From Candidatus Buchananbacteria bacterium CG10_big_fil_rev_8_21_14_0_10_33_19 (GTDB taxonomy: Bacteria > Patescibacteriota > Patescibacteriia > 2-01-FULL-39-33): DNA of 64,000 nucleotides. Below the pieces are notes generated by a model, which did no database searches, was not told the DNA's origin, and worked only from the letters and a program-made list of their open reading frames with translations. How positions within the stretch are numbered: the first letter of the stretch is position 1; each line of letters begins with the position of its first letter. A program made the translations under genes and the position numbers. Below are positions 10,631-18,878 of this stretch, piece by piece. The stretch is taken from assembly GCA_002773855.1 (NCBI GenBank), contig PEZY01000005.1:122532-186531 (forward strand). Reading direction: 5' to 3'.

Positions 10631-11745
10631 TGAAAATAAATCAAAAAAAACTAATTATCATCTTCTTACTTTCATTTTTTTTAATGAACGTATCGAATTT
10701 TTTCGGCAATAATATTGCCCTGGCTCAAGGCGAGGCTGAAGGTGAATCCACAGGCGATTCAGAAACAAGCAATACAATTACCTTTACGCCCAATGTTCCT
10801 TTTGGAGATTTCACAGGCGATATACCGGTTGATAGCCAAATACTTTTTAAATATCTTTCTGCTTGGTACGGCTTTGTGGTCGGAGCTGTTGGTATTCTAG
10901 CCACGGTGATTATTATGTGGGGTGGTTTTAAATGGCTCACCTCTCGAGGTAATGCTGCGGCAATTTCTGATGCTAAAGATAGAATTTGGTCGGCGATTAT
11001 TGGTTTAGTTTTAGTTTTTTTATCTTACAATTTATTATATTTAATTAATCCTAGACTACTAACTATTACTCTGCCAGACTTAAAAACAGTTGCTGGTAGC
11101 CATGGCTTTGTTACTCAATCATCTACATTGCCAAGTACTACAACTCAACAACCTGGCACTAGACAATCAGCTAGTGATTTATGTCAAAATTCTAGTAATA
11201 ATGTAATAGATTATAGTAATGTCTCGCCTAGAAATCCTGGGGTAAACTTTCCCACTGAAATGAACGGCTGGTTTGATCAATATGGTGATAGTTATGGTGT
11301 CGACTCAGATATGTTAAGAGCTATTTCTGCCGCTGAGTCTAGTGGTAATCCTAGGGCTGTTAGTCCAGCTGGGGCTTACGGCTTAATGCAAATACTCCCA
11401 TCTACGGCTACTGCCGTGGTCGCTCGTGACTCCAATCTTAGAAATTTACCAGAATTTTCCGATGGTCAAATATCTGGAACGGAATTAATAAATAACCCAG
11501 AGTTAAGCGTGGCTATATCCGCCAGTTTTGTCAGTGCTAATCAGAGTGGACTAGGCCGAGCTGATATTTTTGCCGGCTACAATGCTGGCTATGGCACCGG
11601 ATCTGGCAATGCCCTTAGCCAAAGTCGTGACTGCCCAACTCCTGGAACTAGAGCTTATACTTGTTGTACTAATCCTGGAGGTTTAATTGAAACCCAAGGC
11701 TATGTTAACAACACTATGTCATATTATAATTATTACTCACAATAA
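10630..11745 (+). CDS. T4SS-pilin-like (VirB2/TrbC-like) N-terminal module fused to a C-terminal lytic transglycosylase (SLT) domain
   Basis: Hydrophobic pilin-like core WYGFVVGAVGILATVIIMWGGFKWLTSRGNAAAISDAKDRIWSAIIGLVLVFLSYNLLYLINP. SLT motif AISAAESSGNPRAVSPAGAYGLMQILPSTA in the C-terminal half. ATGA start/stop overlap with dsbA. Confidence 0.6.
   Translation: MKINQKKLIIIFLLSFFLMNVSNFFGNNIALAQGEAEGESTGDSETSNTITFTPNVPFGDFTGDIPVDSQILFKYLSAWYGFVVGAVGILATVIIMWGGFKWLTSRGNAAAISDAKDRIWSAIIGLVLVFLSYNLLYLINPRLLTITLPDLKTVAGSHGFVTQSSTLPSTTTQQPGTRQSASDLCQNSSNNVIDYSNVSPRNPGVNFPTEMNGWFDQYGDSYGVDSDMLRAISAAESSGNPRAVSPAGAYGLMQILPSTATAVVARDSNLRNLPEFSDGQISGTELINNPELSVAISASFVSANQSGLGRADIFAGYNAGYGTGSGNALSQSRDCPTPGTRAYTCCTNPGGLIETQGYVNNTMSYYNYYSQ
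10865..11051 (+). repeat. Near-identical ~187-bp tract shared by the two pilin-like genes (copy 1)
   Basis: 10900-11051 matches 11973-12124 with only a few mismatches, far above the neighbouring divergence. Confidence 0.85.
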
Positions 11746-12626
11746 TGAAAAAAATTACTATTATATTAGCCTGTTTATCATTGTTATTAATATGGTCTAA
11801 TAACTACGTCTTAGCCGCTGATGCAGATTTACCAGTCACCACACCAGCTGAAGTCACAAAAAATTGTGATAACTGTCTTAATGTCCCTATCGGTGGAGTC
11901 AAAACCATACCAAGTTTTTATGAATACATACAATTATGGTATAGTTTTGTGGTCGGTGTAGTTGGCATAATAGCCACGGTTATTATTATGTGGGGTGGTT
12001 TTAAATGGCTCACCTCTCGAGGTAATGCGGCAGCCATTGGTGATGCTAAAGATAGAATTTGGTCGGCGATTATTGGTTTAGTTTTAGTTTTTTTATCTTA
12101 CAATTTATTATATTTAATTAATCCAGAATTAGTTAAAATAAAACTACCAAGTCTCACAACCATTTCTACTACCAATTCACCAACTCATTCATCAAATAAT
12201 CAACCGCCAACTCACCCCGCTGAAGGAGCTAAGTTTGATTTAGAAGCTTTGAAAAAAACCTGTCTAGACGCTATTACCGTTACTGGAGCTGGCTTAAACT
12301 GTAATAGGTTAAATATATCTGGTCCAGTCTACGAAGCTACACTACTAGGATCTAGCGAAATGGGTTATTGGTATAATATTAACGACAATCTTTTAGAAGG
12401 TGTTCAAGAAATAGTTAACCTAATTGGTCAACCTCAAACCATTGAAGGTGTTGATGTTTATGTTATGCCAGGCACTAATCTGGCCTTTAGGGAAATAGAC
12501 AATAATATTTGGCGAGTCGAGACCACTAACCTTGTTGGTTTAATGTTGGAACAAGACACTAATAGCCAAAACATAGTCGCCTGGCCAATGGATATCTGGA
12601 ATAATCTTCATAATATACCAAACTAA
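11745..12626 (+). CDS. T4SS-pilin-like protein (paralogue of 10630..11745 without the SLT domain)
   Basis: Same ~60-aa hydrophobic pilin-like core, near-identical at the DNA level. Different C-terminal domain. Confidence 0.6.
   Translation: MKKITIILACLSLLLIWSNNYVLAADADLPVTTPAEVTKNCDNCLNVPIGGVKTIPSFYEYIQLWYSFVVGVVGIIATVIIMWGGFKWLTSRGNAAAIGDAKDRIWSAIIGLVLVFLSYNLLYLINPELVKIKLPSLTTISTTNSPTHSSNNQPPTHPAEGAKFDLEALKKTCLDAITVTGAGLNCNRLNISGPVYEATLLGSSEMGYWYNINDNLLEGVQEIVNLIGQPQTIEGVDVYVMPGTNLAFREIDNNIWRVETTNLVGLMLEQDTNSQNIVAWPMDIWNNLHNIPN
11938..12124 (+). repeat. Near-identical ~187-bp tract shared by the two pilin-like genes (copy 2)
   Basis: See copy 1. Confidence 0.85.
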
Positions 12627-12627
12627 G

Positions 12628-13974
12628 ATGGCGAAAATAAATACAATCCATGAATGCTCTAAATGTGGAGCTCAATTTTCTAAATGGCAAGGCCGCTGCA
12701 ACGAATGCGGTTCTTGGGGCACTGTCAGTCAAGAAGCTACTAATTTAGAGCCGAAAAAAGATACTGTTAATATATCAGCCGAAAAACCGATCAACTTTAC
12801 AGAGATAAACTTACAAGAAAAAACCAGAATTAAAATTGGCATTGATGAAGTTGATAGAGTGTTAGGTGGCGGCTTAGTAGCCGGCTCTTTAATTTTATTA
12901 GGTGGTGATCCGGGTATTGGCAAATCAACTTTGGCTTTACAAATTGCCCAAGGTATTGGCAATACTCTTTATATTTCTGGTGAAGAATCAGCCAGTCAAA
13001 TAAAAATGAGAGCCGATAGACTAAAATCAAATTTAACTGGCTTAAAATTCATTCCACAAACCAATATCGAAAAAATCATAGCCACTATCCTAGATCAAAA
13101 ACCAGACCTAGCCATTATTGATTCTATTCAGACTATTCATTCTAGTGATTCATCTACTGGTATCGGCTCAGCCGCTCAAATAACTGCCTGTACCACTCAA
13201 TTAATGGAAACGGCTAAGGCTTCTGGCATTCCAATAATTATTATCGGTCATGTTACCAAAGAAGGCTTTGTCGCCGGACCCAAAACTCTAGAGCACTTAG
13301 TTGATACTGTTCTTTATTTAGAAAATGATAGCCGAGATTTTTATAAAATACTTCGAGGCGTTAAAAATCGATTTGGCTCTACTGGCGAAATTGGGGTTTT
13401 TGAGATGACCGAAGTTGGCCTCAAAGAAATCACCAACCCAACAAATATTTTTATTGAGGATCATAACTCACCCGCTTCTGGCACTGCTATTTCTATTGTT
13501 ATGGAAGGTAGTCGAGCTTTCTTAACAGAAATTCAAGCTCTAGCCTCTAAAACTAGTTTTGGCTACCCTCAAAGAAAATCAACCGGTTTTGATTTGAATA
13601 GACTACAAATGATTATTGCTGTTATATCCAAAATGGCCAAAGTTAATTTATCAAATCACGATATCTATTTAAATGTAACTGGTGGTTTAAAAATCAAAGA
13701 AACCGCCACCGATTTAGCAGTCTGTTTGGCTATTGTTTCTGCCTACCTAGAGAAGGCCATTTATCCTAATATGCTAATTCTAGGCGAAGTTGGTCTATCA
13801 GGAGAAATTAGAAATGTCTCTCAAGTAGATAGACGCATAAAAGAAGCCTCTAAACTAAATTTCAATAGAATTATTACCGCCAAAAATCAACATATCAAAA
13901 ACATTCCTAATGTCGAAATAATTCAAGTCTCCAATATCGCTGAAGCCATTAGAATTATCTCTGGTCATCAATAA
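12628..13974 (+). CDS. radA: DNA repair protein RadA/Sms
   Basis: N-terminal C4 zinc ribbon (CSKCGAQFSKWQGRCNECGSWGT), RecA-like Walker A GDPGIGKST, Lon-like C-terminal domain. Confidence 0.85.
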   Translation: MAKINTIHECSKCGAQFSKWQGRCNECGSWGTVSQEATNLEPKKDTVNISAEKPINFTEINLQEKTRIKIGIDEVDRVLGGGLVAGSLILLGGDPGIGKSTLALQIAQGIGNTLYISGEESASQIKMRADRLKSNLTGLKFIPQTNIEKIIATILDQKPDLAIIDSIQTIHSSDSSTGIGSAAQITACTTQLMETAKASGIPIIIIGHVTKEGFVAGPKTLEHLVDTVLYLENDSRDFYKILRGVKNRFGSTGEIGVFEMTEVGLKEITNPTNIFIEDHNSPASGTAISIVMEGSRAFLTEIQALASKTSFGYPQRKSTGFDLNRLQMIIAVISKMAKVNLSNHDIYLNVTGGLKIKETATDLAVCLAIVSAYLEKAIYPNMLILGEVGLSGEIRNVSQVDRRIKEASKLNFNRIITAKNQHIKNIPNVEIIQVSNIAEAIRIISGHQ

Positions 13975-14004
13975 AAAAAACGGCAAATAACTTGCCGTTT
14001 TATT
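13975..14004 (+). terminator. Rho-independent terminator after radA (AAACGGCAA-ATAA-CTTGCCGTTTTATTG)
   Basis: Perfect 9-bp stem plus T-run. Confidence 0.6.
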
Positions 14005-14016
14005 GTTCAAATCAAT

Positions 14017-14220
14017 TCAAATTTTATCCCACAATCTAACAGTTTTATCAACATTTATTGCCTGATAATATTGTTCTTCTGCCTCTTCTAACTCTTTTTG
14101 GCAAACAAGACACAATACTTCTTTATCAGGGCGTAAAGCTTGATCTTCTAAAATTGATTTAACTCTCTTTTCTGGTATTATTTTACCACAACTACATTTC
14201 CTCCGACCAATACGAGGCAT
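14017..14220 (-). CDS. Small (67 aa) CxxC...CxxC zinc-ribbon-like protein downstream of recG
   Basis: CSCG and CLVC pairs. Intergenic-sized ORF with no strong homology recalled. Confidence 0.35.
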   Translation of the reverse strand: MPRIGRRKCSCGKIIPEKRVKSILEDQALRPDKEVLCLVCQKELEEAEEQYYQAINVDKTVRLWDKI

Positions 14221-14307
14221 GACTTAGCTCCTTGTAGTTGAATTAAATGTTCAAAGAATAACTATTTGCAATTTACCAGGATATAAATTTTTTGTCAATA
14301 TATAAAT

Positions 14308-16359
14308 TTATTCTAAATGCGAACTTAAATTAAGTTCAGCTAATTTTTCTTTTAAACTAACAAAATCATCCAAATTATACTGATCTATAAAATAATCAGC
14401 GGCTACACTAGCTCTTTTGGCCAAAAGCAAATCATCTAAAGTAGCTATTTTTAAACTAGAAATTCCAGACTGTTGATAGCCATATAACTGTCCAGCTCCT
14501 CTATATTTTAAGTCCATCTTCGCCAATTCAAAACCATCACTGTATTTAGACATCAAATCTAATCTATCCAAAGTCTTTTGATCATTGCTATCGCTAAATA
14601 AAAAGCAATAAGACTGATAATTATTTCTACCAACCCGCCCTCTAAACTGATGAAGCTGAGCCAAACCAAATCTATCAGCACCTTCGATCATCATAACTGT
14701 AGCATTTTTTATATCAACTCCCACTTCAATTACAGAAGTTGAAACTAAAATTTTTGTTTTACCAACAACAAAATCATTCATAACCCTGTCTTTATCTTCT
14801 GTTTTTAATTTACCATGAAGTAATCCAATTTCTAAATCAGGAAAAATATCTTTGTCTAATTTTTCAAATTCTTCAGTCACAGATTTAGCGCCTAATTTAT
14901 CAGATGGATCTATTAAAGGACAAACCACAAAAATCTGTCTACCCTGATCAATCTGCTCTCTAATAAATTCATAGGTCTTTAATCTTTTTTCCGGTGGTAC
15001 GACCTTAGTAATAATAGTTTGTCGGCCAGCTGGTGCCTGTCTAATAATAGACAAATCCAGATCGCCATAAACCGTTAAAGCTAATGACCTAGGAATTGGT
15101 GTAGCAGTTAGCGATAAAAAATGAGGCATTTTAGAGCTCTTCTGTTTTAAAGCCTCTCGCTGAGAAACTCCAAACCGATGTTGTTCATCTACTATAATTA
15201 AAGCTAATTTATTAAAGTGAACATTTTTTTGAATCAAAGCATGGGTGCCTATAACTATATCAATCTCACCATTTTGACATTTTTCTAAAAACTCTTTCTT
15301 AGAAATAATTTCATTATTTATAATTCTCTGGGTTCTCGTTAGCAGGCCAACTCTGACTAATTTACCCAGTAAATCACTGAGAGTTTTAAAATGTTGTTTG
15401 GCTAATATTTCTGTCGGCGCTAAATAAGCAGTTTGTAATTTATTTAAAGCCACATTATAAGCCACAATAGCTGTGACTATTGTTTTACCAGAACCCACGT
15501 CACCTTCTACCAACCTATTCATTGGCAAACCACCTTTCATATCAATTATCCCTTCCCAAGCGGCTTTTCTCTGATCATCAGTTAAATTAAAAGATAATTT
15601 AGAAACCAACTGCTTGGTTTCTTTTTCATAAAATTTGATCTGATAGCCCTTATGTTGGTTTAATTTTTTTCTAAGTAATTTTGACCATAATTGAATCAAA
15701 AAAAGTTCATCAAAAGCTAATCTTTCTCGGGCTTTATCTATGTCATTTTTATTCTCTGGAAAATGAATTTTTGATACTGCCTTGCCTAGTTTTAATAAAG
15801 ACTGATTTTTAATTATAGCCCTGGGCAAATAATCTTCAATTTTTGAAGACAAAACAATTATCTCTTTTAATAAAGACCTTAATTGTTTTTGAGTTAAGCC
15901 AGCTGTTAACGGATAAATCGGTACAATTTTAGCACTAACAGGTCCAGCATTAACTATTTTTTCATATTCTGGAGAATTAAAGTAAACATTAACTAAATCA
16001 CCAGACACCTTGCCAGATAAACTCACTTCGTCTCCTGGTTTTAAATTTTTACTAACCCATGGCTGATTAAACCAAACGGCTTTAACCGAGCCAGTAGCAT
16101 CAGTTACAATCGCCTCGACTAAAAATGTTTTTCGCCTAAAACTCCTTCGGCCATCAATAATTTCTACTTTACCATTAACCGTGGCTAAACTGTTAATTTG
16201 TAAATTATTAATAGTGGTTATTTCTGAAAAATCTTCATACCTAAAAGGATAATAAAAAATGAGATCGCGAGCGGTCTCAATTCCTAATCTTTTCAATTTT
16301 GAATAAGTGACTATCCCAACCTTATTCAATTGATTAACTTTTGTTTCTAAACTAATCAT
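14308..16359 (-). CDS. recG: ATP-dependent DNA helicase RecG
   Basis: N-terminal wedge domain and a superfamily-2 helicase core (GDVGSGKT, DEQHRFGV), 683 aa. Confidence 0.85.
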   Translation of the reverse strand: MISLETKVNQLNKVGIVTYSKLKRLGIETARDLIFYYPFRYEDFSEITTINNLQINSLATVNGKVEIIDGRRSFRRKTFLVEAIVTDATGSVKAVWFNQPWVSKNLKPGDEVSLSGKVSGDLVNVYFNSPEYEKIVNAGPVSAKIVPIYPLTAGLTQKQLRSLLKEIIVLSSKIEDYLPRAIIKNQSLLKLGKAVSKIHFPENKNDIDKARERLAFDELFLIQLWSKLLRKKLNQHKGYQIKFYEKETKQLVSKLSFNLTDDQRKAAWEGIIDMKGGLPMNRLVEGDVGSGKTIVTAIVAYNVALNKLQTAYLAPTEILAKQHFKTLSDLLGKLVRVGLLTRTQRIINNEIISKKEFLEKCQNGEIDIVIGTHALIQKNVHFNKLALIIVDEQHRFGVSQREALKQKSSKMPHFLSLTATPIPRSLALTVYGDLDLSIIRQAPAGRQTIITKVVPPEKRLKTYEFIREQIDQGRQIFVVCPLIDPSDKLGAKSVTEEFEKLDKDIFPDLEIGLLHGKLKTEDKDRVMNDFVVGKTKILVSTSVIEVGVDIKNATVMMIEGADRFGLAQLHQFRGRVGRNNYQSYCFLFSDSNDQKTLDRLDLMSKYSDGFELAKMDLKYRGAGQLYGYQQSGISSLKIATLDDLLLAKRASVAADYFIDQYNLDDFVSLKEKLAELNLSSHLE

Positions 16360-16412
16360 TTGTCAACGATATATTAAATGACAAATTTTATTTATAGATA
16401 AGTTATAATTTG

Positions 16413-16484
16413 TGTCCTCAGCAGGAATCGAACCTACATTTTAAGCTCCGCAAGCTCATGTTCTATCCGTTGAACTATGAGGAC
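16413..16484 (-). tRNA. tRNA, anticodon GCG (Arg, reads CGC/CGU). 72 nt, no encoded CCA.
   Basis: Manually folded cloverleaf: acceptor GTCCTCA/TGAGGAC, D-stem GTTC/GAAC, anticodon stem TGAGC/GCTTA, loop TTGCGGA, T-arm GTAGG-TTCGATT-CCTGC. Confidence 0.7.
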
Positions 16485-16514
16485 AAATTAATAATAAATA
16501 TTATTAAGATAAAA

Positions 16515-17012
16515 TTAAATCCTCAACCAGCGACGTAATCTTTCAGATATAGGTTCTACTTCTCTATCCAAGTCTTCTGCTAAAAACTGTAATAAAAATT
16601 CTCTTATTTTAACAGCATCTAGACCTTCTAAGTCTATTACTAGCCTACCTCTGAGAGGATTTTTAAAATCTATATATAAATTTTTAATGCCATAATCACG
16701 ATAAATAATAAAAAAATTATCAATACTTTTATAAAAAAAGAAATTCTTACCATGTTTAATGCCATCTGGAGTTATAATACAATCAATTACTTCAGATTCC
16801 TTAAATTCATACATTATAACTATTAAATAAAACAAGACTAGGAATACAGCAAATAAATAATTAACTGTATAAATAGCCCAGCCCACCATAGCAACTAAAA
16901 TCAAAAAAGAAATTAAATACCAATAAGTATTTTTTTTATACTTAATATAATCATGACACTTCCAAGAAAAAATCACTTCACTTAGTTGTTTATTGTCTTG
17001 TATATTTTGCAT
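16515..17012 (-). CDS. Hypothetical membrane protein. Start placed at MQNIQDNK because the longer ORF-track start (17144) would overlap tRNA-Ser.
   Basis: Two TM helices. The upstream extension runs into the tRNA gene at 17069-17158. Confidence 0.45.
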   Translation of the reverse strand: MQNIQDNKQLSEVIFSWKCHDYIKYKKNTYWYLISFLILVAMVGWAIYTVNYLFAVFLVLFYLIVIMYEFKESEVIDCIITPDGIKHGKNFFFYKSIDNFFIIYRDYGIKNLYIDFKNPLRGRLVIDLEGLDAVKIREFLLQFLAEDLDREVEPISERLRRWLRI

Positions 17013-17068
17013 GGGTATAATTTTTAGTAAAAAATATTCATAATATTTTTTAAATAAAGCATTAACTG

Positions 17069-17158
17069 CAGAGAGGAAGGGATTCGAACCCTCGATACGC
17101 TTTAAAAACGTATAACGGATTAGCAATCCGTCGCTTTCAACCACTCAGCCACCTCTCT
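17069..17158 (-). tRNA. tRNA-Ser (anticodon GCT), 90 nt with long variable arm
   Basis: Acceptor AGAGAGG/CCTCTCT, anticodon stem ACGGA/TCCGT with loop TTGCTAA, long variable arm, T-loop TTCGAAT. Confidence 0.8.
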
Positions 17159-17167
17159 ATATTGTCA

Positions 17168-17196
17168 CCACTTCGTTCACTGCGGAGAGGGTGGGA
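17168..17196 (-). repeat. 29-nt direct repeat (copy 1) duplicating the 3' terminus of tRNA-Ser(TGA) plus 14 nt of its 3' flank
   Basis: cacttcgttcactgcggagagggtgggat is identical to 17360-17388. Confidence 0.85.
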
Positions 17197-17359
17197 TCGA
17201 CATAAATCGTCCGCCGAATGCGGGACGATTTATTCTGCCCTGGGTTGGCGTCTAATGCTTCCTATAGTCGCATCATCCGATCGTTCGCCTTATTCGCTTC
17301 GGCTTCCGCCTAGCTCATAGCTCACTTCCAACCCGTTCGAATCCCTACCCATCCTTGTT
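17197..17359 (-). ncRNA. Candidate structured small RNA in the GC-rich (~52% GC) spacer between the two tRNA-Ser genes. Contains SRP-RNA-domain-IV-like motifs (GGC-GGAA-GCC tetraloop hairpin followed by GAAGCG...AAGGCGAAC, then GGAAGCA...GCCAACCCAGGGCAGA) and a perfect 11-bp hairpin.
   Basis: Compositional anomaly against the ~33% GC background. Read on the minus strand: TGAGCTAGGCGGAAGCCGAAGCGAATAAGGCGAAC versus E. coli 4.5S GGTCAGGTCCGGAAGGAAGCAGCCAAGGCAGAT. Hairpin ATAAATCGTCC...GGACGATTTAT. No ORF. Confidence 0.25.
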
Positions 17360-17373
17360 CACTTCGTTCACTG

Positions 17374-17460
17374 CGGAGAGGGTGGGATTCGAACCCACGG
17401 TCCCCGTGAAGGGACTTCAGTTTTCAAGACTGACGCATTCGACCACTCTGCCACCTCTCC
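17374..17460 (-). tRNA. tRNA-Ser (anticodon TGA), 87 nt with long variable arm
   Basis: Acceptor GGAGAGG/CCTCTCC, anticodon stem TCAGT/ACTGA with loop CTTGAAA, variable arm AGTCCCTTCACGGGGACC, T-loop TTCGAAT. Confidence 0.8.
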
Positions 17461-17594
17461 ATATCAATGATGACTAAGGCACTTTATCACAAAAAAAACA
17501 TTCTGTAAACACCATAAATAACCACAAACATATATGAATTGGCAGCCATCTTTTAATTATTATAACATAAAATCAACAAAACAAACAAAACCCA

Positions 17595-18299
17595 TCAACC
17601 TTTAATCAAAACTAGGCCCCACACCTTCTGATAGCCATATTCTTTTAACGTCTTAGCACATTCCTCCATAGTCGAACCAGTGGTATAAACATCATCCACT
17701 ATTACCAGTGTTTTATTAAAATCTACTAAACATCTATCATTAACCGCAAAACTATCAACTATATTCAATTTTCTTTGTTTAGCATTTAATCCAACTTGAT
17801 GACGATGATATTTTACCTTGGCCAACAATTGATTATTAATAATATTACCCTTAACTTCTCCTATAATATTAGATATAATCTCTGATTGATTAAAGCCCCT
17901 CTCCAAAAATCTTCGACGATGAAGTGGCACTGGCACTAAAACAAAATAATCCCGCCAATTGGGATTATTATTTATACAACTAAATATTTTAGGTTTAATA
18001 TAATTTAAAAGCTCAGTAATAAAATTGTACTTAACCAAATGTATTATTTTTTGATTTAACTGACTATTTTCCAAGACAACCATTAAACCATCAAGATTGG
18101 AATTTTTACGACAAAAGCCACAAACTGCACCATTACTATTTTCAACCTCACAAATAGGACATAAATTGTAATTATCTCGCTTAACCAAATCTAGGCATTT
18201 ATTACAAAGCCAATCACCTTCTAGCGAACAATAAATGCACTTCATTGGAAATACCAAATCTAAAACAAAATTTTTAATTCTATTGCCATTTTGCCTCAT
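17595..18299 (-). CDS. comFC: ComF family protein (double zinc-ribbon plus phosphoribosyltransferase-like domain)
   Basis: N-terminal Cys pairs (CIYCS...CNKC...CPIC), C-terminal PRTase motif VIVDDVYTTGSTM, 234 aa. Confidence 0.7.
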   Translation of the reverse strand: MRQNGNRIKNFVLDLVFPMKCIYCSLEGDWLCNKCLDLVKRDNYNLCPICEVENSNGAVCGFCRKNSNLDGLMVVLENSQLNQKIIHLVKYNFITELLNYIKPKIFSCINNNPNWRDYFVLVPVPLHRRRFLERGFNQSEIISNIIGEVKGNIINNQLLAKVKYHRHQVGLNAKQRKLNIVDSFAVNDRCLVDFNKTLVIVDDVYTTGSTMEECAKTLKEYGYQKVWGLVLIKG

Positions 18300-18852
18300 C
18301 TACTTGCCAATCATTACCACTCTTAATTAGAGTTAATTCCACCTTAGAATAATCAATAGTTGGTTCTATTTGATCGTCGCTATATTTACTTAACTGTAAG
18401 GATACTAATATAACTGCTTGATTATCAGTTAATAATATTAATTTATTATTTAAAGCCTTAGCTTCTTGAGCTTCATAGCCATCCTGTCCAATATTGGAAG
18501 TACTAATGAAATCATTTATATAGGCTATCATCTTAGAAGATGATAATATTTTTAAATCTTGTAAGTTTTTAAACTTAGCATCGCTAGAATAACTGCCGAA
18601 TCTTTCAGCATAAGAAGAGGCCAACGATTCCAAACCCAATGGGTAGTCTTCTTCATTTTTAACTCTATCTAGACTTGGTGCTGGCAAAGTTTTAATGGTA
18701 TCAGTCATTGGAGCCTGATTTTGATTGTTATTAACAACTGGCAAATCAGCAACAGGCGATTTTTTATTAAATAATCTAAAAATTAAAAATAAAATTACTA
18801 TAATCAATACAATAACTGCCACCATTAAAATTATTTTCTTTTTTCTTTCCAT
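18280..18852 (-). CDS. Hypothetical membrane-anchored protein (190 aa, N-terminal TM). Part of the T4SS-like operon.
   Basis: ORF overlapping the comF start by 20 nt. No recognisable domain. Confidence 0.45.
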   Translation of the reverse strand: MERKKKIILMVAVIVLIIVILFLIFRLFNKKSPVADLPVVNNNQNQAPMTDTIKTLPAPSLDRVKNEEDYPLGLESLASSYAERFGSYSSDAKFKNLQDLKILSSSKMIAYINDFISTSNIGQDGYEAQEAKALNNKLILLTDNQAVILVSLQLSKYSDDQIEPTIDYSKVELTLIKSGNDWQVDEAKWQ

Positions 18853-18878
18853 GACACTTAAAATAAATAAATTAATTA

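Noticed and set aside
9464-12962. ORFs 9464..9691, 10715..10900, 10725..10940 and 12729..12962 (the last is antisense within radA); ORF 12830..13030 (also antisense in radA)
   Set aside because: Embedded in or antisense to better-supported genes. No RBS or domain support.
17013-17144. Upstream extension of ORF 16515..17144
   Set aside because: It would overlap tRNA-Ser(GCT) at 17069-17158, so the internal Met at 17012 was taken as the start.
17161-17373. tmRNA or RNase P RNA in the GC-rich tRNA spacer
   Set aside because: Too short (~165-210 nt) and lacks the tmRNA tRNA-like acceptor/T-arm terminus and the RNase P P4 motifs (AGGAAAGUCC / ACAGAANCCGGCUUA). Only the SRP/6S possibilities were retained as low-confidence.
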